Shown here: one piece after another, positions 12,771-26,995 of the stretch | Layout of the letters: every line of letters begins with the position of its first letter | Position numbering within the stretch: the stretch's first letter is position 1 | Source of the DNA: Octopus sinensis | Taxonomy: Eukaryota | Assembly (NCBI RefSeq): GCF_006345805.1 | Contig: NC_042997.1 | Location: 176,390,001 to 176,454,000 of the forward strand | Length of the DNA stretch: 64,000 nucleotides | Direction of reading: 5' to 3' | Translations under genes and position numbers: made by a program | The notes under the pieces: generated by a model | What the model was told of the DNA's origin: nothing | Database searches by the model: none | Seen by the model: the letters and a program-made list of their open reading frames with translations, nothing else

Positions 12771-13123
12771 TGTATGGCAAGAAGTTTGCTTCCTACCCAT
12801 ATGGTTCAGTCCCAGTGTGTGGCACCTTGGGCAAGTGTCTTCTACTATAGCCTTCGGCTAACCAAAGCCTTGTGAGTAGACTTGGTAGACAGAAACTGAA
12901 AGAAGCCATCATGTATGTGTGTGCGTCTTTGTCCGCTACTCCAGCTTGACAACAGGTGTTGGTGTGTCTACATCCCCATAACTTAGTAATTCAGCAAAAG
13001 TGACTGATAAATTATGCATCAAGCTTAAAAGAAAAATAAGCATTGGGGTTGATTCGTCCAACTAAAATTCTTGAAGGTGGTGCCCCAGCATGGCTGCAGT
13101 CTACTCACTAAAACAAGTAAAAA
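12771..13123 (+). mobile_element. Older SINE, family A
   Basis: Diverged but colinear with the family A head and tail. Confidence 0.7.
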
Positions 13124-13368
13124 ATATATGTGCCTGTATGTATCTGCAAGCATTTTGATGAGTTTTCATATTTGCACTAGTTAAGAAAAAATAAATAAAT
13201 AAAGATGCCGAGCCACAAATGTTAAGTATGTCTCTAAGATCATATCTTTCAAGGTTGTTTACTATTTTACTAACATATCTAAATAATTCAGAAGTAAAAT
13301 GAAAAACTGAAACAGAAACAGCAATATGATGAAACAGTTTATGTTTACGAATGCTACAAACATCAGTT

Positions 13369-13409
<41 letters not shown>

Positions 13410-13600
13410 CTACAAAAATACATATGTCTTAGAATCTCAGTAAATTGCTATAATAGGTAACAGCACAAAGGCATTCTTACTATGACCAGCCTATTTTATA
13501 TAATTTAATCATTTCTGTTAGGTGTTACTACTGAAGATTAAATGCTCAAGTGAGGAATTTAAAGAACCACTTGAATTTTTTTATTCTGCATTCTTTTTTT

Positions 13601-13838
13601 CTTTTACTTGTTTCAGTCATTGAAAGTGGCCATGCTGGAGCAGCATCTTGAAGGGTTTTAGTCAAGCAAATTGACCCCAGGACTAAACTTTTTAAAGCCT
13701 AGTACTTATTCTACCAGTCTCTTTTACTGAACCACTAAGTGACAGGGATGTAAACACACCAACACTGGTTGTCAAGTGATAATGGGGAGACAAACACACA
13801 TACGTATAGATACATACATACACACCACATACATACAT

Positions 13839-13877
<39 letters not shown>

Positions 13878-14170
13878 TATTTATTTTTTTATTGCTCACA
13901 AGGGGCTAAACATAGAGGGGACAAACAAGGACAGACAAAGTGATTAAGTCGATTACATTGACCCCAGTGTGTAACTGGTACTTGATTTATCGACCCCGAA
14001 AGGATGAAAGGCAAATAGCCTTCTTTCAGTTTCTGTCTACCAAATAGTTTCACAAGGTCAACCTGAGCTATAGTAGAAGACACTTGCCCAAGGTGCCATG
14101 CAATGGAACTGAACCTGGAACTATGTGGTAGGGAAGCAAGCTTCTTACCACACAGCCACATCTGCACCTA
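13601..14170 (-). mobile_element. SINE family A with a family B fragment (about 13880-14015) in its linker
   Basis: A tail at 13601-13800, TA/CA linker, B 3' half, A head at 14016-14170. Confidence 0.75.
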
Positions 14171-15292
14171 TATAAAGAAAATCATTTTGGATTTGTATAT
14201 TTTGAATATTAGAAACTTAGGATAGGAACTGGAAATTTTCTTTATTTAATTTAAAAAACAAAAGAAGACAGTTATGCTATATATGTAATTTAATATGTTA
14301 AAATCATTTAACAAAATAAAAGGAAATGTTTACTCTTTCCCTTCCTTTAATACATTTGTTAAAATTTATTCTTCTCATGCTGTCTTCTATTTTTGCTCAT
14401 TGCTCGTATATTAAACTATTTAAACATATCAAATGAAATTTACTGCACATATATTAAACAATGAAGTGATGAAGACTAATATCAAGATGTTACATCTCAC
14501 AGAGGAGATGATAAAGGACTATGTTGATTGGCAATGCATGGCGCTGAAGACCTGACAACCCATACAAGAATGGTGAAAAATACATTAAAATGGGAGCAAT
14601 AATGGAGGTTGAAATATAAGTTTATATGGGCCTTTTGCCTCTTTTTGTACTTGCTAAGTTTATTCACCTGCTCTTCCAATCTATTCAACAGCCACTCATC
14701 ATTCTACTGCCTCCTAACTATTTACTGTACCACACTTGGAATGATCTAGATCTGTCCATGCTTAACCCCCAACTCTACCACCATCTGTCTCTCTCTAGGT
14801 GAGGCACACACCTCACCAGTGGGGCATAGGTTACATCACAACAGAGTGTAAGGAAGTAACAAGTAAATATCCTGCAATGTTTCGAGTAAACTACATTTTT
14901 TTTTCTACTACCACTACTACATATCTATACAGTAATGCCTCGATATATGAGTTAATTTCTTCCTGGAGACTGCTCATAAAGCTGGGCAATAATTTCCCAT
15001 AACAGCAATAATAAAAAATACTATTATAATTGTTTTCTGAATTCCTTTCATTCACACTAGACTCACATACACCATCACTTGTAGACATGATCACTGATTC
15101 ACAAGCACCCATAGATGGACTTACAGATTGCTTCGAAGAAGCTTTTTTTTCGGTCCCTATAAATTTCTCAGTAACACGCAGATGCATTTGTTATGGTAGC
15201 AGAAACTTTTGCACTTTGTTCAAAATTTGGATCTTGTGCTTGGAAAATAAAACTCATAAACCCAGAATCTTGTAAAGTGAGGTATGACTGTA

Positions 15293-15328
<36 letters not shown>

Positions 15329-15404
15329 CATGTGATCCCTTAAGCACCACCAGCTCAAATATTGTCTCCTCTGTCTTCCCTCCTTGGGATCTTTCCTTCT
15401 CCTT

Positions 15405-15439
15405 GTTTCCGACAAAGAGCTCCGCTCGAAACGTTAAAC
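15405..15439 (+). ncRNA. Degenerate minimal type-I hammerhead ribozyme motif in a Penelope-like repeat (about 15331-15545)
   Basis: GTTT-CCGACAA-A-GAGC(TCC)GCTC-GAAAC-GT-T-AAAC: stem I GTTT/AAAC, stem II GAGC/GCTC, palindromic ACGT stem III. The core has two substitutions versus CUGANGA. Host repeat is flanked by (TA)n on both sides. Confidence 0.6.
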
Positions 15440-15542
15440 CCTCCTTCCCTTCTTTCCTGAGCGTCAATAATACTTTAATTGTTCCACGTCCTGCGTTGCT
15501 GTGTTTTTTTCTCTCTTTTTTTCTGTGTTTTCTTGTTTGGAT

Positions 15543-15585
<43 letters not shown>

Positions 15586-16689
15586 TGGTTAAGAAGTTTG
15601 CCTGGCAATCATGTGGTTTTGGGTTCAGTCCCACTGCATGGCCTGTTGGTCAAGTGTTTTTAGTATAGTTCTGGGCAAACCATTTTGCAGGGTATATAGG
15701 TGAGTGCATTTTATTGGAGCACAAGCACCAGTGAGTTTGTCATGCCTTTGAGAAAACTAAAAGTTACTTTTGGATCACCACTAGCTCTGCTTATTTGCAA
15801 ACCATTTCACAGAGTGTACTGGATGGGATTTATTATGATACCAATTGTAGCAAGGTGGTCATGAATAATACATATCAATATCAGTAAGGAGTACAAACAG
15901 AATATATGAGATATATGCACAAAGTCCTTTAAGCATATATTATCCATGATGATGGGTGGAGTGTTGGAGAGAGGGTCAGATAGATCTTGATTGGTAAGCT
16001 AAAGAAATTCACTGTTATTCTTAGTCACATAGGCAATATTGTGAATGTGAGAAAGAGACTCATTAGGAGATGAGCAATAGAGGTATGACCACTAGAAGTG
16101 TTAAAGGTAAAGGTAATAGAAATATAACTGGCTGGCATGGAGAACAGACAGGTGAGTGATAAGAGGTATGTGTGATAAAAGAAGTGAGTGATAATTATGG
16201 TAGAGTGATGAAAGTTTATACACATGCATATGTGCACTCATACATATTCATGTATTTTGTAACCTATATATACTGTAGATATGAAGTCTACCTCTTCCAC
16301 AGGTTCCACACACATTGAGCACACACCATTTCTTCATAGAACTGTCCTCCTCTATATGTGTTATGTGCCTATACCAATGCGGTCTTCTCTCTTGCACACT
16401 ACATGTGATTATTTTTTTATGCCCCATTTTTCTCTCTGCTGGTTTCTACTCTGTAGCTCATGCATACTGGTATTACACATTTCTTTCTAGTCTTTGCAGA
16501 TCCTTTGATTAGGAAAAACAGTCTAGACAAAATGGTGTTCAGCTCTATGACTGAAAGAAATAATGATTCAACTGCAAGAAAAGTACTTCAGAATAAACCA
16601 CTGTTCCTGCATTGTGTGTGTGGTGGGTGGGTGTATATATATGTATATATATATATATATATGTTTGTATATATTTGGAAATAACAAGG

Positions 16690-17008
16690 GACTGGGAGTT
16701 GTGGCAATTTGCTGTAGTTTAGAAGACACACCAAGCTAAGTAAAATCGCTGTCATCCATATATACAGGCTTGTCCTTTACAGGTGCTGGTGCCAGATAAA
16801 ATGCACTTGTGCTAGTGTTGTGTAAACACATCCATGCTGGTGGCACGTAAAAAGCACCCAACACACTCTATAAAGTGGTTGGTGTTAGGAAGGGCATCCA
16901 GCCATAGAAATCATGCTACAACAGACAATTGGAGTCTGGACAGCTCCCTGGTTGGCCACAACCCATGCCAGCATGGAAAATGGACATTAAATGATGATGA
17001 TGATGATG
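16690..17008 (+). mobile_element. RTE-type LINE 3' end
   Basis: Degenerate ORF end (DRELWQFAV..KTHQAK*) followed by the 3'UTR and (GAT)n. Confidence 0.7.
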
Positions 17009-17084
17009 TATATATATATATATACATGCACATAACTAGTAAGACAACAGTAGAAGTACTTAGGAGTAAGCAACTATAACTAGT

Positions 17085-17780
17085 ATTTGTTGACCTGGAT
17101 GATCTGGTGACTGCTGAGGAAGCTAGTAAAAGTATAGTCAATAAATTGATAGTAAATTGTATAGCAATGAATGTAGTGGACAGGGGCTCAGCAGAGCTTG
17201 AACATTCTTTCACATGCTCAGAAGGATTCCTAAAAATAATTGATAGCTTCTGTTAACTAGCTGGCATTAGTAGTAGTGGAAGTGAATATTCCAAAAGTAA
17301 AGAAACCAGAAAAAGCATGGGTTGGAGAAAGTTCAGGGAACTATTACCTCTCTAGGTGACAAATGGTTCCGCTCTCTGGATGAAAAGCTGATTGTAAGAT
17401 ACTTGTACACAGATTGCAATGTTTATGATAGTGAGACATGGGTCTTGGATGCAGAGGGCTTGCAAAGATTAGAAAGAAATGAAATAAGTATGTTCCACTG
17501 AATATGCAGTGTCAATGTGCACAAGCAATGGAGCACAAATGAGTTAAGAGTAAAACTGCATATAAAAGGAATCCAATTCAGGGTATAAGAGAGAAGACAG
17601 TGCTGCTAAGGATGTATGATGCAATGGAAGATGAAAGCTACATAAAGAAGTGCAGAGCACTTCAAATAGGTGGAGTCCGTGGAAGAAGGAAACCAAGAAG
17701 ACGTAGAGTGAAGTGTTAGATATTGATCTCAGGATGTTAAACCTCTCAAAGGGACTGAAATGATTGGTGACACACAGCAC
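17085..17780 (+). pseudogene. Decayed RTE-type reverse transcriptase C-terminal fragment
   Basis: Frameshifted motifs ...KIIDSFC*L..., KFRELLPL, GR.RKT.SEV...DLRMLNL, typical of the RTE RT C-terminus; many stops. Confidence 0.65.
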
Positions 17781-19114
17781 TCAACACACTCCCACTTGTA
17801 AAAGCATTGTGAAACCAATGTTAAAGTAGAGGCAGTGATGAAAATGGAATTCATATGTATATATGTGAGTGTGTACATGTGCACACAATTGGGTTTCTTA
17901 CACAATATGTTCCTGTCATGTCTATATCTAGTGACCACCCAATCTTTGAAACTCTTTCGTCTTTCTATTGCTCAACCTTCACCACTCTCTCCCAAACACC
18001 CTTCTACTTATCATACATCTTTCTAGTAAACCTCTTCTCTAATTTATATATATTATTTTGACACTGAATTATGAAGGTAGAACCTATTAATACTTAAAAT
18101 TATCCTTTCTGTACTGCTAGCTATCATTTCCTCTCCCTTGTACCACTTCTTATTGACATCCATCTTTCACATACCAAATACCTCCATCACTATTTACACT
18201 AACCACCCCAACCACATCTCTCTCTCTCTCTCTCTCTCTCCTCTTGCAACCGTCCCTCACCCTTCTTGATTCTTCTTCTGTTGTTAATTGTTACTACTCT
18301 TGCTTCTATTCACCTTCTTAGATACCTTACCTTGAGGGTACAAACACATCATAGGGTAGTGAGAAGTCCCTAGCCATAGATGATACAAAGAAACCTCACT
18401 AGTGCTGGTGATACAATAAAATGCAACAAGCAGACTCAGTAAAATGGTTGGTGAATGAACAGAGACAGCAATGGTGCTAAAAGAATTCTTTAGCTTTTTC
18501 AAAGATGTGACAACCTCTCAAGTGCTGGTACCATGATAAATTCATCTTATATACTTTGTATACTCTATAGATGATGATAGAAAAGGATTCCAACCATAGA
18601 AACCAAACCAAGAATAAAGCATACATGTGAATCATCGTCTTCTGATCTATTTAGAAGGGCAATGACTTGACCTGGCACATACATACACATTCCTTTATTT
18701 GTTTAACTTACCAGACTGTAAATATATTTGGGACTCACCTTGAAAAGTTTAGTCAATCAGTAATCCTAGTATTTATTTGTAAATCTGGTATATATCTTAT
18801 TGATAAATAATTCCTGTACTTGGTTGTTGATCCACTAAATTGTGGGGTATAAACATAGAACACCATGGGCAAGCTGCAGCTGAGACATTCTGAATGGCAT
18901 GTCTAATGAAAAATTACTTTGAATTTTTTTAGTTGTGCAACCCAGCTGATGATAGCTCTGTCTCACACAGTCCGCTTTTCAAAAAAGGTTATCCATGTGT
19001 GATATAAAGAAATATACACACACGCACACGGCTGAACAAGTGATTAAGTTTGCTATGGAACCACATAACTTCAGGTTCAGTCCTGTTATACAGTACTTCG
19101 TCTCCTACAACAGC

Positions 19115-19395
19115 CTCAGTACAAATGTGTTGAGATAGAAGTTGGGGATGAGAGGAATCAAATGTAGCATGCAAGAAAGAAGACTATGTTGGTTTGGATA
19201 TGCATATGAATGAAGACAGCTGTATAAAGAAGTGCTGATCACTGAAAGTGGATGGCACATGTGGAAGAGGGAGATCCAGGAGAACATGAGATGAAGTGGT
19301 GAGGACTGATCTCAGGATGCTGAATCTCACAGAGGAAATGACAATGGACTGATATGTCTGGCAACATGAGTTCTAGAAACGCTGTGTTCTACCCA
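19115..19395 (+). pseudogene. Decayed RTE RT C-terminal fragment
   Basis: Reads ...MQERRLCWFG...EDSCIKKC.SLKVDGTCGRGRSRRT*DEVVRTDLRMLNLTEEMTMD. Confidence 0.75.
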
Positions 19396-19849
19396 CATGT
19401 AACAATAAAACTTTTCACACACCCCACCCCAACAAACTAAACCACATCCCTTCCTCACATTTCCTCTTTTTATGCACTATGCTTATCTCTTGCTCCCCAA
19501 TCTTGTCCTCACTGCTCTGTTCACTGTATCATTGCTATCCTGTAGTCCCCCACCCCTCTATATACCCAAGTTTCACCAGTCACTGCATCCCCACTCCTGA
19601 ACTCTTTGCATCCATGTGAAGACTCTACTCCCTACACATGCTCCTTTGGCATTACCCAGCCATTTATATTTTGACCCCCATAGCTTGAAGGTATGCCCAG
19701 GTATTTGACACTATCTATGTTGCTCTACTCTACAATTCCATTTAAATTCTGATCCCCATTCCATGTGAGTATACTCTGGCACTTTGTCACAATCTCTCTT
19801 TCTCTCTTGCTGTCTCTTGCACTCTCTCTCTCTTTCTCTCATTCTTCCC

Positions 19850-20362
19850 TCTAGCTAGGTAACCATGTATCTCTTCTGTTTTATTCTTGATCACTCTCTC
19901 TCTCTCTCTCTCTCTCACTCTGACTGGGTAACCATGTACCTCCTGTACAGCAAGACACCTGTTTCTGTCTCCCTGTCACACTCTAACCTTTCATCATCTG
20001 GCACAACATCACCTCCAGTGCCCCCTACTCTCTCAAAGGATCTTTGTCTTACAAGTTACTTGATGACCTGACCAGTGCTGGTGCCACATAAAAAACATCC
20101 AGTCCACACTGTAAAGTGGTTGGTGTTTGGAAGGGCATCCTGCTGTAAAATCCATGCAAAACCTGACCTTGCCTGTGCTGGTGCTATGTAAAAAGCACTA
20201 AGTCCACTCTACAGGGTGGCTGGTATCAGGAAGGGCATCCAACCATAAAAACCCATATCAAAACAGACACTGAAATCTGGTGCAGTCTTCTGCTTAGCCA
20301 GCTCCAGTCAAACTGTCCAACCCATGCCAGCATGGAAAGCAAACGCTAGATGATGATGATGA
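19850..20362 (+). mobile_element. Unclassified retroposon: pyrimidine-rich body joined to RTE-type 3' tail (related copies at about 46250-46607 +, 55080-55500 +, 20460-20760 -)
   Basis: Shared gtaaccatgtatctc...gcaagacacctgtttctgtc...cttgcaagttacttg.tgacc..accagtgctggtgcca body followed by the RTE 3' end and (GAT)n. Confidence 0.65.
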
Positions 20363-21239
20363 GTATATATTATATAAATATATAGTATACAGACATATAT
20401 ACATATATCATTTAAGATCTGTTCTATGTTGTTAAGGAATGGATGGTTCGACAGGATCTGACTAGTGCCTGAGGGCTTTGTTGGTCTCCAGTATCTGCTT
20501 TGACAAGGTTTCTACATACAGATACCACACCAGCACTAGTGGGGTCATCAAGTAATTCGGAAGAGAAGACCTTCAGTGAATGGAGGTGCAATATTGATGG
20601 GTGGTGGTGGTGGGGACTTATGCCAGGTGTAAAGAAGCTAAAGATTGAAAGAGGGACAGGAACAAGTGTGTTGTTGTAGAGGAGATACATGGGTACTCCA
20701 GCAGGAAAGGGAGAAAGAATGGTGAACGTGAGTTATCAGGGATTACCCTTGATATACAAGAAGGTGGATAGCAAGAAAATAACGGCAGAGAGTTGAGGAA
20801 AGCTGGGTAGATAGTTAAGGGAGATGAGGTGAAGAGTGGGGAAGATAGAAGATACACAGTGACAGAGACAGGGGTCAAGTATATAAAAGGGCGGACATAG
20901 TGAGTTACAAAAAGTGTTGTCAATAGCATAGATGAGGTTTTCAAAGAAATGGCTTTTAGTGGACACAGTGTGATAAAAGATGATGTTGGGAGTGCAGAAC
21001 ATGTGGCAAGGAAAGTGATTCTAAGAAGACATGTTACTGGTAGCACACAAAGAGGGAAAGGAATATGTGTAGTTCTGTTCTCATATAATTACAGCAGCTG
21101 AGTAATAGCACCATAGGCAGAGGGGTGTTACAAAGATGAGTAGCTGGGAAGATTTGACAGGTACAGAATAGGTGTGGGGAGAGGTGTATAGACATTGATG
21201 ACATACTTTTACAACCTCATTTTTGTGAAGATGAACATG

Positions 21240-21746
21240 TGCATGATCTTCGAACTTTGAACCTCACAGTGGCAACGACTAGTACTGAGACCTTTGATGA
21301 CATGCTCTGCTTAAGAGAACCCGTCAAGCCAAGTGTCCCCATGCTGGTGACACATAAAAAAAAAAATCAACCTTTGAACATTGGGCCTTACGGAGGCAAA
21401 GTGGCTGAGTTCCTTTTGAGCGTTGGGCTTCATGAAGGCAAAGTGGCCAAGTTCCTTTCGAGTGTTGGGCCTTACAGAGGCAATTACTAAAACCTTTGGC
21501 ATTATGTCGTGCTTGAGAAGAAAACCCATCAAGCCAAGCAAAATTGCAGTCGTGGGAGATACTGGTGACATGTCGGTGGCACATAAAAGCACTCGTTACA
21601 CTTTGGTGTGGTTGGCATTAGGAAGGGCATCCAATCGTAAAAACCATGCTAAATCAGACTGGAGCCTGGTGCAGTCATCCAGCGTGCCAGCCCAGTCAAA
21701 CCATCCAACCCATGCCAGCATGCACAACAGATGTTAGATGATGATG
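21240..21746 (+). mobile_element. RTE-type LINE 3' end
   Basis: HDLRTL.LT... ORF end (partly duplicated), 3'UTR unit and (GAT)n tail. Confidence 0.75.
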
Positions 21747-24700
21747 CATGTATTTATAGGTTATGTAACTATACAGAGATGTCTTCCTTCATCTTCCACA
21801 AGTATCATTCATATTTAGTGACAAGTACTTCTTTATGCAGCATACACATTTATCATCACATTAACACCTACTTTTTCATGCTTTCATGGTCAGACGGAAC
21901 TTGAAGCAGGTTTTTTTTTCATGGTTGGATGCCTGTCCTGCTATCAACTGAAAGCTGCTTCCAAGCAATGTAAAATTTCTCTACTGTTGGACATATTTTT
22001 ACAGAAGATTAGCAGTAATACTGATGATTTACAACCAACCATGATGTTGAAACAAAATAAGAAACATCAACACAGAGATATACAACAGGCCTCTTTCAGT
22101 TTCTAACAAATCCAATCATAAAGTTTTAGAAGACACTTCCTCAATGTCTCATGTGGCAATATTGAATTTTTAACTTGGTGGCTGGAGAAACTAACTTCTC
22201 AGTCTCACATTCAATCTAACACCTATTACCTCATCTGCATCTCCATATATGTATGTAAGTGTGCATACATGTATATATCACGCAATGTTATGTCAAGACA
22301 GTAACACATGTATACAGATGTGTGTGTCTAATTACTGTCTTGATAGCCTCTAATAGTTATAAATGACATCATCATTATACAAGCTTGTGTCCTTCATTTC
22401 CAATTTTCCATGAAAACATGCTGGCCATGGGGAAATATTACCTCACTTGGAAACAGAAGAGGGCTGACAACAGGAAGGACATCTAATTGTAGAAAATGTT
22501 TCAACAAATTCTGTCCAACATGTGAACATGGAAAAGTGGACAGTAAAACAATAGTTATATATGCACATATGCATGTGTGATGTGCACACATACTCACACA
22601 CACATTTCACTTTCTTTTCTTTTTCAGGTACTATTTATAAACAGCCCAGTGTAGCCCTATCAATATAAATATGCAATGAAACAAAAAAAGCTGTATGATT
22701 ACCATGCACATATCTTGCCAACAAAATATGAGTGAAAGTCATAGAAGTATCATTGGAAAAGCAAGATAATTCATTTAATTTAATTATCTGTTTTAAAATC
22801 TCTTGTTCATATAATAATTATTGGCTGGTTTTCACAACCCTCTATTAGTTGGGCAGTTCACCATTAGAACCTCAATGCTAGCATTCTACAAAGAAATAGT
22901 TGTGTAAAATAGTGATAACATTCTTAGCAAAATGTTCAATCACCTAGAATTGCTCATATAAATTGCCCTGCAGCCTTTTTTAAGCTTGGAGGTTTAGGCA
23001 TTTTTGCTCTATCTGATGGGTATAGTAAAAACACATTTTGTTGCAGTCATGGCCAAAAGGCTCATGCCAAGCCCTCATCAAATTTTTTAAGTCTCATTTG
23101 GAGAAGAATGTGTGGGCTGAGGAAGGTGCTGATTTTCAGTAACGACAAACTTGGCTCAAGTGAATGGACCTACTCTCAGTATACATGTACAGGCCAGAGT
23201 ATCACAGCTAGGATAGAGCTTTTAGCCTTGGTAGTCATGGTAATTCTGGATCCAGAGGGTTCATTGATTGGCTCCCTTCTCTAGAGACTCACAAATATGT
23301 ATGCTGTGTATACCATCATTTATGTTTATTAATTCAGGTACAAAGTGTCACGCATTATATAGTCTGGACCTTGTCTCTTAGCCTTGTAACAATAAATGAT
23401 AATTAATACAATCACTCTCTTTTCTGGCCTCCCCACCTCTATCTCTTTACCTTGTATTTATACACAACCCAGCATGGTACAGGATAGCATATCCACTCAC
23501 TTGTCCTTTACCACCAAATGTGACAACTGCCTTGCAACTGCTCAATATGCAACATAGAACTATTGAGACAGAATCACTCACACTCCCCCAGGATACCTTT
23601 TTTCAACCTCTTCCTTCCTACCTCTACCCACATAATATAGACAATCTTTATACCGAGCTGCATAAGATCATTATTTCCATGCTTGTAGCAGCTAAAACTT
23701 CTTCCATACATTGATGGAATGTAGAAACAAGATGGACATAGCAAGCCACATCACAAGCTACCTGTGTCAGCAGGAAGTGATTCTGAAAAATGAAGTGACA
23801 CGGGGTAGAAGAGACTCTTGGTTCTTTTGCATGGGGCAACCTCTTCAGAGATAAGGACATAATAAAATGTACTTAGTACACTGATAGCTGCACCATGGGT
23901 TACTAGTCTAGAGCAGAGGGAACTCTTTCATCCTACATGAGACAACCTTTCTAGTACCCTCAGCACAATACAGTGCACCCAGTCCACATTCAATGATGAG
24001 ACCCATCCCAACGTAAGCCAGCATAGAAAACCAGAAATAGAAAATAATGATGATAATAAAACCACCTGTGAAAGATAACATATCGTATGTTCATTGCAGA
24101 TTCCAGCACACATCAGTTAAAAATGGTTATCAATAAATTGTGATTTCTACTTCATTTCTTTACATTTCTGGAGGGTCAGCATTTTTATTACAATGTAACA
24201 ATTTTGAAGAAAAAAAAAAAAAAGTAGCAGCTCTCTGCTATTTCTAATACCACAAAGGAATTGCATTTAAAGCATTTTACATTTATTTTTAATTCATATA
24301 CAGAGAGTTTTAGTTAACCAAAGGATTATTGGTGGTACTACAGTATGTTAACAAAAGCACTTAACTGACGATAGAGGAGTTCCTTTAGCTTAAAGTAGAT
24401 ACCATAGCAAAATACAGTTCCATCATTGTACACAAAGGGAACAATGTATAATTTTCATAATCTTTCATCAAAATTTGATGTTAATTTATGTTCCAAACAC
24501 CAGCTTACTATTGATGAAGTTATTTTAATAAGTTCTTCAAAATTTTCAAAATAAATTATAACAAAGAATGTATCTCAACAGGAATGTAATAACAAAAAGG
24601 TTAAACTTAGACTACTATAATTTATGAAGCAGTAACAGGAATCAGCTGATGCATGCGTATCTTAGCACATGTACTGCAAAAAGCAGTTTTGTATACCAAT

Positions 24701-25004
24701 CTTTTGTTGAGGAATGTCATGCTTGAAACTATTTTCTGTTGAGATATGTCAAGTTTACTGAGGCAACTTGACTTGCAGAAAATACCAGTTCTATTTTTGG
24801 TAGATATTTAACATCATGAAATTTAATTCTGCAGTTAAAGGGTTAAATCACAATGTGTGAACGATTTTAATAAAAAGCCTGTGGATTTAGAGGAAGAATT
24901 GTTTCTGGCTGATGTCTGACCATAGTGAACTACTGCTATTAATTTATTAATGACAAAATTGTATCAGAGTATATTACAAATGATAAAAATACTTCTGAAT
25001 ATTA

Positions 25005-25224
25005 CCCTTTTGTTACTGTATTTATTTTGAGATGCTCTGTGTTTCTTTCAATTACTTTAAATATAACAGAGAATTTAGTAAAATAACTTAGTTATCATTC
25101 AGCTAGTGTTAGGAACATAAATTGTGACTAAGATTTGGTGGAAGATTTTAAATCAAAACTTATGTAAACAAGATATTTGTACTCAGAACCAGAGCCGGTT
25201 TCAGCCGGGTTGGTATCAAAAGGG
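25005..25224. mobile_element. piggyBac-type MITE (220 bp)
   Basis: TIR CCCTTTTGTTAC / GTATCAAAAGGG; TTAA on the right, ATTA on the left. Confidence 0.65.
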
Positions 25225-26995
25225 TTAAGGATAGAGTAGCAATGAAAGGTCAAGTTAATGAACATGATTTCTATAAAGAGATATAAAAATGCACAAATAA
25301 AAAATACATTAAATCAACTGCCTCAGAAAAAAACAAAAAAAAGAATGTCTTAAGAAACTCAATGTAGTTACAGTCAATTAAAAGTCTAGTTCTTTATACT
25401 GATGTTGATAATACATCTCATAAACCATATGTTACATGTTGAACAATGTATTGACTTGCAATAGTCTTGCTTAAAGAAAATAGGAAGTGCTTATATTTCA
25501 AAGAAAGAAAAATTCTAGTTGATTACATCAGAATGTATTTTTTATATTTAATTTCTTCTCGCGTGCACGTGCATGTGTAAAAAAACTAGAAATAGTTGGA
25601 GCATATTCTAGTATCATGAAAAACATGTAAACTAAAACAGAATATATCTATTACAAAATGAATTTAACTTGTTGAATACGTAAGCAAATTTAAGAAATAG
25701 ACTAAATGGCAAAGTGGAAATAGCTATGGGTTAAGAATCATATATATTCAAAGAGAGAGGGAAGTGGATGTTATGAAGGAAAGTGGCATGATCTGCACAG
25801 TCTGGGGTGAAGAATTGGTAGTTCAAGATTTGGTAGAGGAAACAGTTAGGGATCAGATAACATGGAGAAAACTAATGAAATAAACTTCAAAATGTGACCT
25901 CTGCTAATGGAAGATATTTCATTAAGGTGAAATTATTGTTAGTTTATCAGTAATGGTGTTGATTATCTGTTAGTTTTCCCACAATAAAAAATCTCAGGTT
26001 CCCAACAGAAACTATCATACTGAATTGAGTCAATGAAGCAGTTTTTACATGGTTACTTGACCTGTTAGAATTAGCAACCAAATCTCCTTCAAAATGTCAC
26101 CATATCATCTTAAAACAAATTGAACAAGTGTTCCTGAGTACAACATGCCAAATAAGAAAGACTAAATGGTTGCATGAGAAAAGCCAGTTGAATGATCAAA
26201 TTGAATCAAATGATAATCAATAAAATAACAAGTTAGCTACTAGAGACGTAACTTTATCAAATGCTTATTGAAATGCTTGGTTTTCTTTTCTTCACATTCC
26301 TAGTTGTTAAACAACTTCTCACTTCTATCACAAAAGAACGGCTAATTCAGTTATTGCGAATATTTTTCAAAACATTTACTATTATGATGTGTAAACATTT
26401 TTCAGAACATTTACTATTATGATACATCGTTAATTTTTTGTTATAAATTTCAATCATTATGCCCAATAATAACTTTACAAAGTCATACAATGAATAAGAA
26501 TTCATCTACCAAACAGAATCAAGAGTGATAGTGGCTCTAGAAGGATGTTTAGGGATTATTATAATGGATAAAGTGGGAGCTACTGGTCAACGAGCTCGAT
26601 AGGTGTAGTTTGAGATAGTGATGATTACACAAAAATAATAAATAACAGTAAGGTATGTGGTTATTTGACCTGTTAGGAAGAACATCTAAATCTTCCTGGA
26701 ATTACATCCTAGTGTCTTAAAAATAAAAGGAGACAGAAGATAACAGAATCCCACATATGCTTTAAAAAAAGATGGTTATGGTTGAAACACCATTGGGTGT
26801 TGATCTGTTCAATCAGTACTAAACAAGGGTCAAATAATACCAATTATTTAACACAAAGTAACAGATGAAGGTATTACTTGTCCAGTTTTTAATTGAGTTC
26901 AGATAATACTGAAATACTAAAAGAAAAACATGATTTATTGCTTTTAACAACTGTAATATTGCTTGTGATATTCTGACAATCACAAATAACATATA

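Noticed and set aside
20760-21200. Possible Penelope GIY-YIG remnant (FCTPNIIFY) on the minus strand
   Set aside because: Too degenerate to support a family call by eye.
26362-26423. 27-bp direct repeat with a 35-bp period
   Set aside because: Real but an ordinary local AT-rich duplication with no further structure.
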